Below, in pieces: positions 37,009 to 50,300 of a stretch of 64,000 nt of DNA. A program made the translations under genes and the position numbers. Position 1 is the first letter of the stretch, and each line of letters begins with the position of its first letter. This stretch comes from Antedon mediterranea (Eukaryota > Animalia > Echinodermata): assembly GCF_964355755.1 (NCBI RefSeq), contig NC_092670.1, forward strand, positions 2,160,201 through 2,224,200, given 5' to 3'. The notes beneath the pieces are model-generated. The model had not been told where the DNA came from. It worked only from the letters and a program-made list of their open reading frames with translations, and did not search any database.

Positions 37009-37922
37009 TTAGGTCTACTGTATGTCTCATATTTGGACTTGGCACAATCCTACCATTGTATGGGTGTTGCTTGCTTACAGTTTACAGTAGGCCTATTACT
37101 TTTCCAAAGGTACAATGCGAATAACAAAAAAAAACGGAACAAAACAATATTACTGAAGATGGCATGAATTTTTTTTAACTTTTTGATATGGTGCTGTATA
37201 TGTACTACTGTATAATATACCTTAACAATTATTGTTATCAATACATTTTGTCTTTTTTTCTATTATAACGTATATTGAGTAAGCCTTGATAATATAAATA
37301 AAAACATTTATACAGAACAGAACATTATTTTTACTTGTGAATTTCTTTAACATACTTCAAGTTTCACCAGTCATGAGTCATAGACAACTCATGATTCGAT
37401 ATCAACCTTTTCAGTGATGTCATATATCTTGCGACCAATCCCCTTCCACGTTTTGGAGGCTATACTAGCCCTTGGGAAGATGTTGCATACTGGTGTTTAT
37501 AAACCATTTGATGTGCCAAAGACTTTTTTTTAAAGCCACCAGTTAGAAAGATTTTACTTGTCTGTCATTTTCCAAAAATGATCCTGTTATTCTTGAATAT
37601 GAAACACAAAATGTATTTGAATTCATATTATTTATTTTACCTACTGTACCTCTGAACACATTTACTTTACTTTTGGACTTGTTTTATGTTTAGAATTTTA
37701 AAGCCTGATGCCTACCGTACCTATCAGTTAGTGCTGTAGTGTAATTTTTCTTATGAGCTTTTTAAAATATATTTTAATGACATAAAATTACCTAAAATTT
37801 TTTGTTGTTTTTGTTTTTTTCTTTTATTGAACTAACATTTTTCTTTGGTGTTAAAATAAAACCAGGTAAAAATTTGGTAAAAAAATAACCAGATGAATCG
37901 CAACCAACATACAAAAATACAA

Positions 37923-38007
37923 TAGCGCCCTCTCTAATTCAATCACTTATCGATCGAAGCCTAGCAACAGTTTCCATGTAGAAACGCTACACAATACGGC
38001 CATTTTG
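37923..38007 (+). promoter_or_regulatory. Putative dynein promoter with RFX X-box-like sites
   Basis: cctagcaac (37960-37968) and gtttccatgtagaaac (37970-37985) resemble RFX sites. YY1-like gccattttg at 37999 and CTCF-core-like tagcgccctct at 37923. Locally CpG-rich, ~370 bp upstream of the ATG. Confidence 0.5.
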
Positions 38008-38351
38008 AAAGGAGAGAGCAGACGATCTGAAACTCCGACAAGTGTCAAACAGAAAAGAATTTATTTATGCCATCTTAGAGGGTACCAAAATCAAAGAAGA
38101 GTATAGATGGCTAATGCTTTAACTAAGACTGTTCTAAGGACCCTTGCCAAATGATTTCAGTAAAGTTATATTTACTTTTTATAGTTGAATTGTTTATGGT
38201 TGTCTGCAACTTGCCATTCGCTCTCACGATAATTGATTGAGTTGAAGAGCGCGCGAGAAACAGAGCAGGGTAGTCTCTAGTAGGCTAGTTTCTAGGGCCT
38301 AGCAAAGATAGGCCTATAACACTATTTGTATTAAACTTTACTTAAGCAATT

Positions 38352-41300
38352 ATGGCAGACTCTGGTGATGCACGGTTAGACTTTATTGCAGAATATATTT
38401 TAAAATGTTATAAACTGAAACCAGACAAATGGGCAAAATGTATCGGTGTGGAAGAACAGAAAATTCTGATGATGGAATTCTTGGAAAAGGCAGAACACCA
38501 ACAACTCATTATCACAATGAACTCTGCGGGATTACTGACACCAGCCTATGAATTTCCAGCAGCATTAAAACAAACCAAAGCAATATATTTTATCAAGAAA
38601 GGGAAAGAAAATGTTTCGAAAGATAACATTTCCAATTCTCTTGTTTATGGAGACCTTTCGTATTCACCTTTGGAACAACTTTCAGCACTTGTTGATGAGG
38701 TACGTTCAAATAATATATTAAAAAAGTTTTTAATGTTACCAATAATATTACATTTAAAAAAAATGTTTTCAACAACGTTACATTTTTAATAATAATAAAT
38801 GCTTCTTAAATTAATTTTTATTTTACTAGGTTTTGGTTCCCTTACTATCAAATCCACGGAACCATGATTCGTGGCCGAATGTTGTCTCGCAAGACGTCCT
38901 GAGACATGTACACAATCTCAAAAGTAATGTTTACGTGGTTGCAGGTCAAGTTAAAGGCAAGACACTGCTGCCGTTACCTGTAGGCTCCGAGAAAGTTGAG
39001 GCCAATTCAGAAGCTGAAGAGAAGTAAATTATCAGTATTTTTTATGTTTTATTCTATTTATTCCATAGCATTACAATCTACTAATGCTATGTACACAAAA
39101 TATAAAACATTTTTTTTAATAGTAATTTAAAACTATTTAGTTAATTTCTACCACTTTATCTTCCAGGAGTGAATCAATTGATCGTGGCTTAGTCCACTCT
39201 ATTGAATCTGTCATTATCGACTGGACTCACCAGATAAGAGATGTCTTAAAACGAGACTCAGCACAGCCACTTCTTGAAGGATTCAATCCTGGACCTCATG
39301 TCGAAGTTCAATTCTGGAAAGCAAAATGTGAAAATCTAGATTGCATCTTCCAACAGGTTTGCTACTTTTTTATTGCTTTCAAAGGTCAAAGTTTAGAAAT
39401 TATTCTAGGCCATCTTGAAGTTGAAATAATAATTGAAAAATAATGAGATGTCGAACACAGTCACAGTCTCAAAATAATATTCACCATTTTGTCAGTGATT
39501 GAAGCACCTTCTTTTTTCCCCATTAATTAAAACTATTATATATCACAATTATTTGCCTATAATATTTCAGCTTAGAGATCCAAAAGTCCGCAAAATGAAA
39601 GAACTTCTGGAAAGGACAAACAGTAGTTACTTGCCTACTTTCAAAAACATTGAACGAGATGTAGAAGCTGGTGAGTATCCATTCGTTTCAAAACTAACAA
39701 AATATAGAAGGTTAGATTTTTAAATATGCTTTTTTCAAATATTTGAAAATGCATCATGAACCTAAAAAGATTAAACAGATTATATATTTTTTCCTGATAT
39801 ACACACACTATATTTAGAAATTAGAGTGGTCTCTGGGCATTCTCATTTATATATCATAATCAAACTTGTATTCATTTAAATTGTAAAGCATTGACGGAAG
39901 CTCAAGACATCACAACACATCTGAAGCCATTACTGCGCCACATTGACGGCTTTGAAGAGGTGGACTTTCCAGAACTTCCAGAAAGATTGCCGGCTCTTAT
40001 GCACACCATATGCCTGATCTGGAGTCACTCTGAATACTACAACACACCTCCCAGGATCATTGTTCTCTTCCAAGAACTCTGCAATTCACTTATTAATCAG
40101 GTGAGCTGGGAATTATCTTGACAAATTTTGTTTAAGGGCGTTGTGGAAGGAAGGGAGCCTGCTTGGAAAACATAATAAAAAAGTTATGTATTTGTCAATT
40201 GTATGACCAACTATACAACCCCTGGGAAAGGTGCGCCATAGATGCGTCATTTACAAATAATTATTGACGCACGAGTGCGAAAAAAAACCCCTAGATGGTA
40301 CATCACATCAATGAACAATGAATGAATGAATGAACAACACTGTCCGTCACTTTTCCACCCACCATATCATGAACAACATAGTCATTGTGCATCAAAATGG
40401 GTGCGTCATGGTCACCTAAAGGTAAGTCAATTTTTTGACACAGCGGTAAGTCATGGTGTTCATATGGTGACGCACATTGGACAAATGACTCACCTCTCCC
40501 AGGGGTAGTGTAGTGGATCATGAAATTTACATTAAGCTAGTGTTGGAATTGTGTCACAGAAATATATGAGCTGTGGCCTAGCTTTTGGACAGTGTGGACA
40601 AAAACTGAAAGATAGGAAGCAAAATATTAAAATCAAAAGAGATTTCCTAGTTTGTATCCTAGCTTGAACAAGTATGAGAAGCAATGTGAATAATGGTGGG
40701 GAAAAGAATACAAAATGCCCATAACTCTTAAATAATGTGTTGGGTTTTTAAAAGTAATCATTCTCTTCAACAGTGCCGCAACTACCTGGATCCTGGTGAG
40801 ATCTTTAAGATGGAAGCAGAAGAAGCTCTTGAGAAGACTCGATCTGCTGTCAGTGTCTTGAGATGCTTCCGTGACCTTTATGAAGAACATCGCAATAAGC
40901 TGAAGGACTACTTTAAGGATGGCAAGGAACCAAGATTGTGGGAGTTTGCATCAAATATGGTGTTCACACGTATGGATGCGTTCATCGATAGACTTGACAC
41001 ACTTCAGGTAAAAACATTACTGTACTGTACAATAACCCTTAACATTTTTATGAGCCTAGGCAGTGTTGTTTATTGACAATGCCAGAGCTAGGATTTGAAC
41101 CTACACCCTGGGATTGCTAAGCAAGCATGTTAACCACCAGTGCCAATACTGTAATGCAAACGTTTGTATTAAGCTCTGTCTACACTATCAAACTTTATGT
41201 TGAATCAAATGTGATGTGCCCATATATGGACATGATGATGTCATATCACTACCATATTTAAGCATACCAGTACCATATTTGAGCACATCACACTTTTTGA

Positions 41301-44300
41301 TTGTAATTGCTTACAGAAACTTTTTGAGACAACAGTTGAATTCAGCAAACTTGAAAAGACTGAGATGGGTGGAATGAAAGGAAAGATGCTGGGAAGCATG
41401 GTGGAGAAAGTACATGAGGAATTCCAGGAGTATGTGAAAGTATTCGCAGAGCGACCATATGATGGCCTAGACCCACATTGTCAGGTAATAAGAATCATGT
41501 CTTTGTTGCTATTGTATCATTTTCTTCCTAATCACTATCATATCATTATCATCACTATCAATACAGGAATGAATGCACTCCGCACAGCATTTATTGTCAA
41601 ATATATAACAATATTTATAACTTGTAAAAAAAAAATATAAATATAAAAAAAGCATAAAAAAACACGATAATAAAAAAAGCATCAAAATATTCAAAAGCAT
41701 ACAGGCAAAACAGAAAATCCTATAAAAATTGCCATGAAGTCTACAATGAGACACAGTTTATCATTATACTAATTTTATCTAGATATTTAGCTGTTATATA
41801 GAGTTATGGAGTTCGGAATAAATGACTTTCTATATCTACCAGTTCAGGTGTAAAGGGATCTAATATGGACTAATGAGGATAGAAATTTGTATTTCAAAAA
41901 TATGGGATGCGACTACCACTAATTAGGTATTTTCTAATTAATTATTTTGGGGTTTTCCAGGAATTTGTTGATGATTACAGTATCTTTGAAAACCAAGTTT
42001 ATGATTTGGATCGAAGACTGGGATCAATCCTTTGCCAAGGCTTTGATGACTGTTCTGGATTGGAGTCTACTTTCAAGGTATGTTTGGATGGTTTTCCTGG
42101 ATTAGAGTCTATTTTGTGTTTATGATATTTTTATTTAAAGATATGTTTTGATATCTTTTTTTGTGAAATAATTTATTATATATTGTTTGTATAGATGCTT
42201 GACTGCTATGGTCCCATTCTGGATCGACCTGTCATCTGTGAAGACTTTGAGCACAAGTATCCCATAATCCTAAAGATGTACAACGAAGAATTAGACAAGT
42301 CAAAGGTCATCTACGATAACCAAATGAGGTCGTGTGAGACATCGGAGAACAAGCCACCACTACATAAGAACCTGCCAGAAGTAGCTGGTGCATTGAAGTG
42401 GGCGAAAGAACTGAGAATGAGACTTGAGAAACCAATGGCTAGCTTCAAACACATAGAACACCCGTAAGTATGAATAAATGGTATTCAAGTATTTATGTTA
42501 GCATGCAAGCCTACTCCCACGATTTTTTTTTCATACTGTACATAATTGTTATTCTAGATATAGAAAAGTGTGTCGTGCCTTTTAAAAAAAAATTGTTTGT
42601 CCTTTATTTTGTTTATGTAAATATTGTTTTACAATAGTATCTAATTTTCATTACAATGTTTAGTAATAATCATTAGGCACAATAAGAAAGAGAGATAGAA
42701 ATGAGAAGAAATTACAGAAAATGTGTGTATCAAGCATTACATATTCCTTTATCCTATTATAAATTGTAAAAAAGAGATTCCACTTTCTCAAAATTTGAAA
42801 TTACAAATGCTATGTATCAATTTTCCGTTATGTATGTTCCTGACTCACTACATCCGCAACAGATCTGGTTTAAGAAGGTAAAATTAAGCAAAATTTGTTT
42901 AATAGTTTCTTTTTTTTCACAATGTTGTAATTTTAATACTTCTTTTCAACCACCTTAACAATATTACAGTTTATAACATTTTTGTTTTTCTTTAATTTAA
43001 CAAGTTTTATTTTTTCAATTTAATTGGTTTAATTTTTTTTTTATTTGCATCTGTGGTTTGGTTAAAATAAAATAATTGTTATAATAATATAGAAAAACAC
43101 TGTATAGCCTTTGATTTTAGTTATACTGTAGTTTACTACATGGATTGGTTCAATACTTGCCCATTTTCTACATTCCCATTTGTACCACTTGCCCATTTTC
43201 TACATTCTCATTTGTACCACTTGCCCATTTTCTACATTCCCATTTGTACCACTTGCCCATTTTCTACATTCCTATTTGTACCACTTGCCCATTTTCTACA
43301 TTCCCATTTGTACCACTTGCCCATTTTCTACATTCCCATTTGTACCACTTGCCCATTTTCTACATTCCCATTTGTACCACTTGCCCATTTTCTACATTCC
43401 CATTTGTACCACTTGCCCATTTTCTACATTCCCATTTGTACCACTTGCCCATTTTGTACATTCCCATTTGTACCACTTGCCCATTTTGTACATTCACATT
43501 TGTACCACTTGCCCATTTTGTACATTCCCATTTGTACCACTTGCCCATTTTCTACATTCCCATTTGTACCACTTGCCCATTTTCTACATTCCTATTTGTA
43601 CCACTTGCCCATTTTCTACATTCCCATTTGTACCACTTGCCCATTTTCTACATTCCCATTTTGTACAATCAATCTTGGCTATGCAATTTCTGATTTGAGT
43701 ATTCTAACGATAATGTGTAGGCAAGTAAATATACAACTGTTACTAGCCCAGTGGATTACTGTAGCAAAATATAAAATTCCTAGTCTGTTCTGATAAATAA
43801 ACAGTATCACTTTTTTGGTTTTAAATGTTACTAAAATGTTTTTATAATCATGTTTTATGTTAAAATGTTTTTATTTATACACTTACACTTATAATATGTA
43901 ATACAGGAAAATTGTCCTGAAAAATTGAATGTACCTGTAATGTTCAATGTAACCACATAACAGACATTTTGTTCATGCTCATTTGCATATTTAAATTGGT
44001 AATTTCCTAAGCTATTACAGCAATAAGCACTTAGATTTGTGAGTATGAGTGGACATAAAACAACTTTATTTTTGAAATTGTAAAGTAATTTATAAACCTA
44101 TGTGGCTTTTACTTAGTGGTACAATAAAACATAGCATAAAACAACAGCATAAAAAAATCACTTTGTTTATTTATGCTATATTTTTCCAGTACTGACCTAG
44201 CAACTCCTGTACTATAAAAAAGTACTATTTAACGATCGTTGAATAGTGCGTACTATTGCACGCCATGTGACCCACATTCGTCCAATCAAATGACAGGAAT

Positions 44301-47300
44301 TTATATAGGTGTTATATAATATCAGTATAATTTTCTTTTTCATAGAGTTATGCAAACAGAAGATGCTGCAACAATATTTAACAAGTATGAAGAAATGATG
44401 GAACTTTTAGGAAAGTAAGTGTTAAAATGTGTTTGTATCTCTGATCAAAGCTGATCCTACTAAACTCCACATCAGTGCTATACCAGATAAAAATAGTCTT
44501 AAGAATGTGGCCTTGAACAATGTTTATATTGTTAATTTCTCAGGTATGAAGTAAAAGTTTATGAGAGCTGGACAGCAGACGTTGATGATGTATGCTCTGT
44601 AAATCTCAACCAACCATTAGTTGTACGCAACAAAGAAACAAACTTAATTTCAGTGAACTTTGACCCTAAACTTGTTGCTGTTCTTCGCGAAGTAAAATAT
44701 CTTACAATTCGCGAGGAAGAAAAGATTCCAGATAGTGCTGCGGTTATCTACGCCAAACACGAGACACTTCGCCAATACAATGCAAACCTAGACTTGACGG
44801 TGCAATGGTATAATAAAGTTAGGGAAACTGTGCTGGAAGTAGAATTTCCTCTTATTGAAAGTCAGCTTGCCGAAATTGACACTCAACTCGAGAAGGCTGA
44901 AAACTCGTTGAACTGGAACCAAGAAGAAGTGTGGGAGTACATCCAGAAGACTAGAGATCATGTACAAGATTTAGAGAAGAGGGTGCAGAAATCAAAAGAC
45001 AATATTGAAAGTATTAAAAAGATCATGGAGGAATGGAGTAAAGTGGCGTTGTTTGAAAGAAAAGAGAATAAAACAGATTCTTTATTATCATTAGAAGATA
45101 GAGAGTCTAAGATCACTAAGAGATACAATGAGATTACTGTTGCTGGAGAGAAGATTCATGCCCTGGTCAAGGTAAGATTTGTTACTGATGAAAGTGTAAT
45201 TTAAGTTTGTTTTGTCGTTAGTCAGACTAAAATGACATGAGTTTTGTCTTTTAATAGTAATAATAATTGTCTTTAATTGTATAGCGCTTAACCAAATAGA
45301 TTTTCTCTAAAGCGCTACGACCACAAGGCTCGAACTAGAAGAATCATAGTGACACCTTTGAATATAGGCATTTGTGCCTTATTTTGTTATGCTCCACCGA
45401 CAAATACATCACCTCATTGTCAACTTCATCACAGGTTACATAATGCAATAAAGTGAATAAATTGAATATCCCATACCCACCAACCTACCAAAAAGGTCTC
45501 AACTTGAATCAAGACCACCATAATACAATAAAGTGAATAAATTAAATTATAAATTGAATATCCCATACCCACCAACCTACCATTGAATATCCCATACCCA
45601 CCAACCTACCATTGAATATCCCATACCCACCAACCTACTGTACCATTGAATATCCCATACCCACCAACCTACCATTGAATATCCCATACCCACCAACCTT
45701 CCATTGAATATCCCATACCCACCAACCTACCATTGAATATCCCATACCCACCAACCTACCATTGAATGTCCCATACCCACCAACCTACCAAAAAGGTCTC
45801 AACTTTTTTAAAGCCAATAAAATCAACAAGGTTTTTTTTCTTATTACCAGTTTTAAGTCTTACATGTAAAATATCTTTTTTATTAGGAAAATCTTGATCT
45901 GTTCAAAGCTGATGCATCATCAGACATTTGGAAGGCATACGTTGATTTCCTCGATGACATGGTAGTAGACGGCTTCTTCAACTGCATCCACTGTAGTCTG
46001 AACTTCCTTCTGGAAAACACCAACACCAAGAGTCTGGCACCACTCTTTGAAGCACGCCTTGAGCTGCAGGTCCCAGACATGGTCTTCCAGCCATCGCTGG
46101 ATTATGGCATCGCTGATGGCTTCTATGATCTTGTAGAGATGCTTGTCAGTGATATCTACAAGATGGCATCTCTTGTCAAGAGATTGGCAGAGCATAGTGG
46201 TTCTGAACATTACCAGGTCTGTATCAAAAGAATTTTTTTCTCAATTTTAAACTTTGTTTTGTCAATTTCTCAATCAATCAATTTCTATTTATTCAACTCA
46301 TAAACAAACAAAACGCATAACAAAAAAAAGAGTAAAACAAATTTTTAAAAGATAAAAGGGACCTCCAAGAAACCCTAAATGGCTTATGATAGGAAGGCCC
46401 ACTAAAAACTAGTTACATTAACATACTGTAAATATATAAAATAAATAGATGAATATTGTTAAGGAATCCAATTGCCATCTCAAATATGAAATAATGTTAT
46501 TTACATAGATAAATAGAATGGCACAATGCAAAATATTTTGCTTCTTCCTAATTGCTTTTATGATCTCTTGTATTCTTATTAAACTTTGGTCCTTTTGATT
46601 TGCAGACTGATTTGGAAGACATGATGGAACTGTCAGACATGCGTCAAGAGATGATGGACAGGGTGCAGACAATCATGAACAAAGCTCAAGAATACCGCAA
46701 TTCCTTTGACAGCTACGCATATCTGTGGGTTGACGACCGGCAAGAATTCATGCGTCAGTTCCTCCTTTACAATCATGTACTCACCACAGAAGAGATTGAA
46801 GCACACGCTGAAGATGGCGTTCCAGAATGCCCGCCAACTTTAGAACAATTCAAGGAACAGGTATTTTAAATTTTGTTTAATCCTTTAGTTGAATTTTTTT
46901 CCGTTTAACAGACCTTATGGGTATTTAAGTGAAGTAAAGCTATTGTGTGCTCCCTTCCATCATCCATATCTTGTAGGTAATATTTCAAAGAGGTTTAAAA
47001 CCTTTTTAACATTAGAAATCTTAGGAAATTGCTTATAATAAGCTAATAGATTACAATCCCCTAATGCCAACTGCCCCAAATGTTTGATTGTAATTTCTGT
47101 ATCTGTGGCCTTTTGGACTTGACAACTTTAGACAATCTTACAATTATTTAACCTTAATTGCTGTACTTTATTTAGGTTGATACATATGAGAAGATCTATG
47201 GGGAGGTAGATGAGATTGTACCGGTACAGACGTTTGATTGTTGGTTCCGAGTTGATGCCAAACCTTTCAAGCAAGCTCTACTTAACATCGTCAAGAGATG

Positions 47301-50300
47301 GAGCTTTATGTTTAAACAACATCTCATTGATCATGTCACAAACAGGTAAAATTAATTGCAATTTTTTTAGATTTAATCCTTTAAATTACATTTAGATTAC
47401 TACTTGTGCTTCTTATACAATTTCTCTATTTCATTTCTCTTAAAATTGGACACTGTTGGAGTGACCCACAATATTTGTTTTTTTATAACTATAACACGAT
47501 TCTGGTTTTGGTCGTAACAGCTAACAACTAATAATTCACTTATCTCAATCTAGCCTGGCTGCCCTTCAAGAGTTTATCAAAGTAGCTGATAGCGGATTAA
47601 CTAAACCAGTAGAAGAAGGAGACTACGATGGCTTAGTAAGTGTAATGGGTCATCTACTAGCGGTCAAAGAACGACAATCATCCACCGACGAGATGTTTGA
47701 GCCTCTCAAGCAGACAATTGAACTACTGAAGACCTATGATCAAGAGATGCCAGATGAGGTTCACCAGCAGCTGCAGGAATTGCCAGAACAGTGGAATAAC
47801 AGTAAAAAGATTGCCATCACAGTCAAGCAGCATGTGGCTCCGTTGCAGGCCAACGAGGTCGCCATTATCAGACGTAAATGCACGTCATTCGATGTAAGAG
47901 TTTTTGAAGTCTTATTTTTTGTAAAGGAACTAACTCCTTATGTGAGGTTTTGCATATAGCAGTGCTACCTAAGTTCAAGATTAAGAATACTTAACATGCA
48001 AACTCCTCGCACATAATTGTTATTGCCTGTATTCCAACACATGACTATTACTATTCCTGCTTAAGATATTTCCTTTAAATTTTGTCATCAAAGTGCAATA
48101 TTTTACCTCTATTTACAGGTCAAACAACATGAATTCAGAGAGAGGTTTAGAAAAGAAGCTCCATTTAGGTTTTCTTTTGAAGAACCATACCCAGCTCTCG
48201 ATAATGTAAGTATTTGTTTACCTATCTACATTTTAACAATTTATAAAACTGATACTATAGTAGTATTTAGTTGATCAGAGAAAGTTATATTTTTTAGAAT
48301 ACTGTATGTCAATAAATTACAGTAAAAATTCATCTTTTGTTGATTAAAATGTTTGCAAATTTAATTTTCTAGTGCCATTATGAAATATTTGAGATGGAAA
48401 CTCAAATGGCATCATTACAAGCATCTGCTAGTCTGTTTGAGGTCAACGTACCAGACTACAGACAACTGAAGGTCTGCAGAAAAGAAGTGTGCATGCTGAA
48501 GACTCTCTGGGATATGATCATTCTAGTACGTTCCAGTATCGATGACTGGAAGACAACTCTTTGGCAGGAGATCAACGTTGAACAGATGGAAATGGACTGC
48601 AAGAAGTTTGCTAAAGACATCAGGAGTCTTGACAAAGAGATGCGTGCATGGGACGCGTATGGTGGTCTTGATTCAACCGTCAAAAACATGTTGACGTCAC
48701 TACGTGCTGTCAGTGAGTTGCAAAATCCTGCTATCAGGGAACGTCATTGGCAACAGCTGATGCACGCAACTAAGGTAGTTTTTCTTTGCAATTATTTTAC
48801 CTTTAAATCTCATTTCGTATAATTGCTCCTATCCCTATCTCTGTGCCACCAGTGCAATTCATCCATTTTCTTTGCTCAGGCACCAGAGATCTGGAACCAA
48901 TTTCCTCATTCCATCCCCTTTTCAATTCAAATCTCTCCTGAAAACTCACCTTTTTCAATAGTTATTCTTTTCAATAGTTATTCTTTTCATGTTGTGCTGT
49001 GAGACTCGTAAAATGTGCTTTATAAATTTTCGATATTATTATTAGTTCAGAGGTTTTTTTAGGCAGGTTCAACTCGAATGTTGTTTTTATACCAGCTTCA
49101 TTCGCTGTCCAATCCCAGATGTTGTTTCTAATAGGCTCATTATCTTCCAGTAACAAATATTCTGGCGTTGCCTTCGTTGTTTTCATGTATGAATTAATCT
49201 TTATGTATATAGGTAAGATTCCTGATGGATGAGTCCACCACGCTTGCAGATCTACTGGCCCTGAATCTGCATAACTTTGAAGACGAGGTCCGCAACATTG
49301 TGGACAAAGCTGTCAAAGAAATGAGCATGGAGAAGGTTCTTAAAGAACTTGATGTCACTTGGACTCAAATGGAGTTTGAGTATGAAAAACATCCAAGAAC
49401 TGGTATACCAAATCTGAAGTCCAGTGAAGAGTTGATTGAAACCCTTGAAGATAACCAAGTAAGTACTTATGTTACATCTTTTCCATTTAAGTCTTTAATT
49501 AGTACAATATATTACAAAGCTCAAAGCTGTTTGCACATTTCTGTAGATGAACAAACTCAGGTTGAAATATAGAGTCATAATGGCTTGCCTCAATTTCTCT
49601 GGAGTTTATATTTATAAAATAGTTTGTCCATCCTGTAATTGGCAAGATACTCATTTTTATATGCGTATGAAATAATATAAATACGTTGTTAGTGGACCTA
49701 CTATATGGCTATTTGTACAACACATTCAATGCTGTAAATGGAAAGCCTTTGGATAGACCAAAATTTCTAACTTCACAGACAATTTCCTAAACCATTTGGC
49801 TACATACACATCTTACAATCACTTCATACTTCAGGTACAACTTCAAAACTTGATGACGTCCAAGTACATTGCTCACTTCTTGGAAGAAGTCTCCACCTGG
49901 CAGAAAAAGCTCTCCACAGCAGACTCTGTCATCAGCATCTGGTTTGAAGTGCAGAGAACATGGTCACATCTGGAGAGTATCTTCATTGGTTCTGAAGATA
50001 TTCGTAACCAGTTGCCAGAGGATTCCAAGCGTTTTGATGGTATTGATACTGATGTGAAGGTAACTCTCTTTTTTAGTCTCTTGCAATCATTTAATTTTAT
50101 TCTTTTTTAATCTGCTTTTCTTTGTTTAGTTTTCTGTTTAGCTTTTACCAATGTTTTACCTAATCTTTTCTGTCACATTTCAATCTTTTAATTATACAGG
50201 AACTTATGTTTGATGTTGAGAAAACACCAAATGTAGTAGAAGCAACAAATAAACCAGGCCTGTTTGACAAACTGGAGGATATCCAGTCAAGGTAAGATAC

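Noticed and set aside
42790-42880. Possible cassette exon ending AAG|gtaaaa in the long dynein intron
   Set aside because: No clear acceptor or dynein-like translation; the flanking exons already join in frame.
43140-43793. Cys/His/Pro-rich ORFs of 172-217 aa in three frames
   Set aside because: Translation of a stop-free 32-bp intronic minisatellite.
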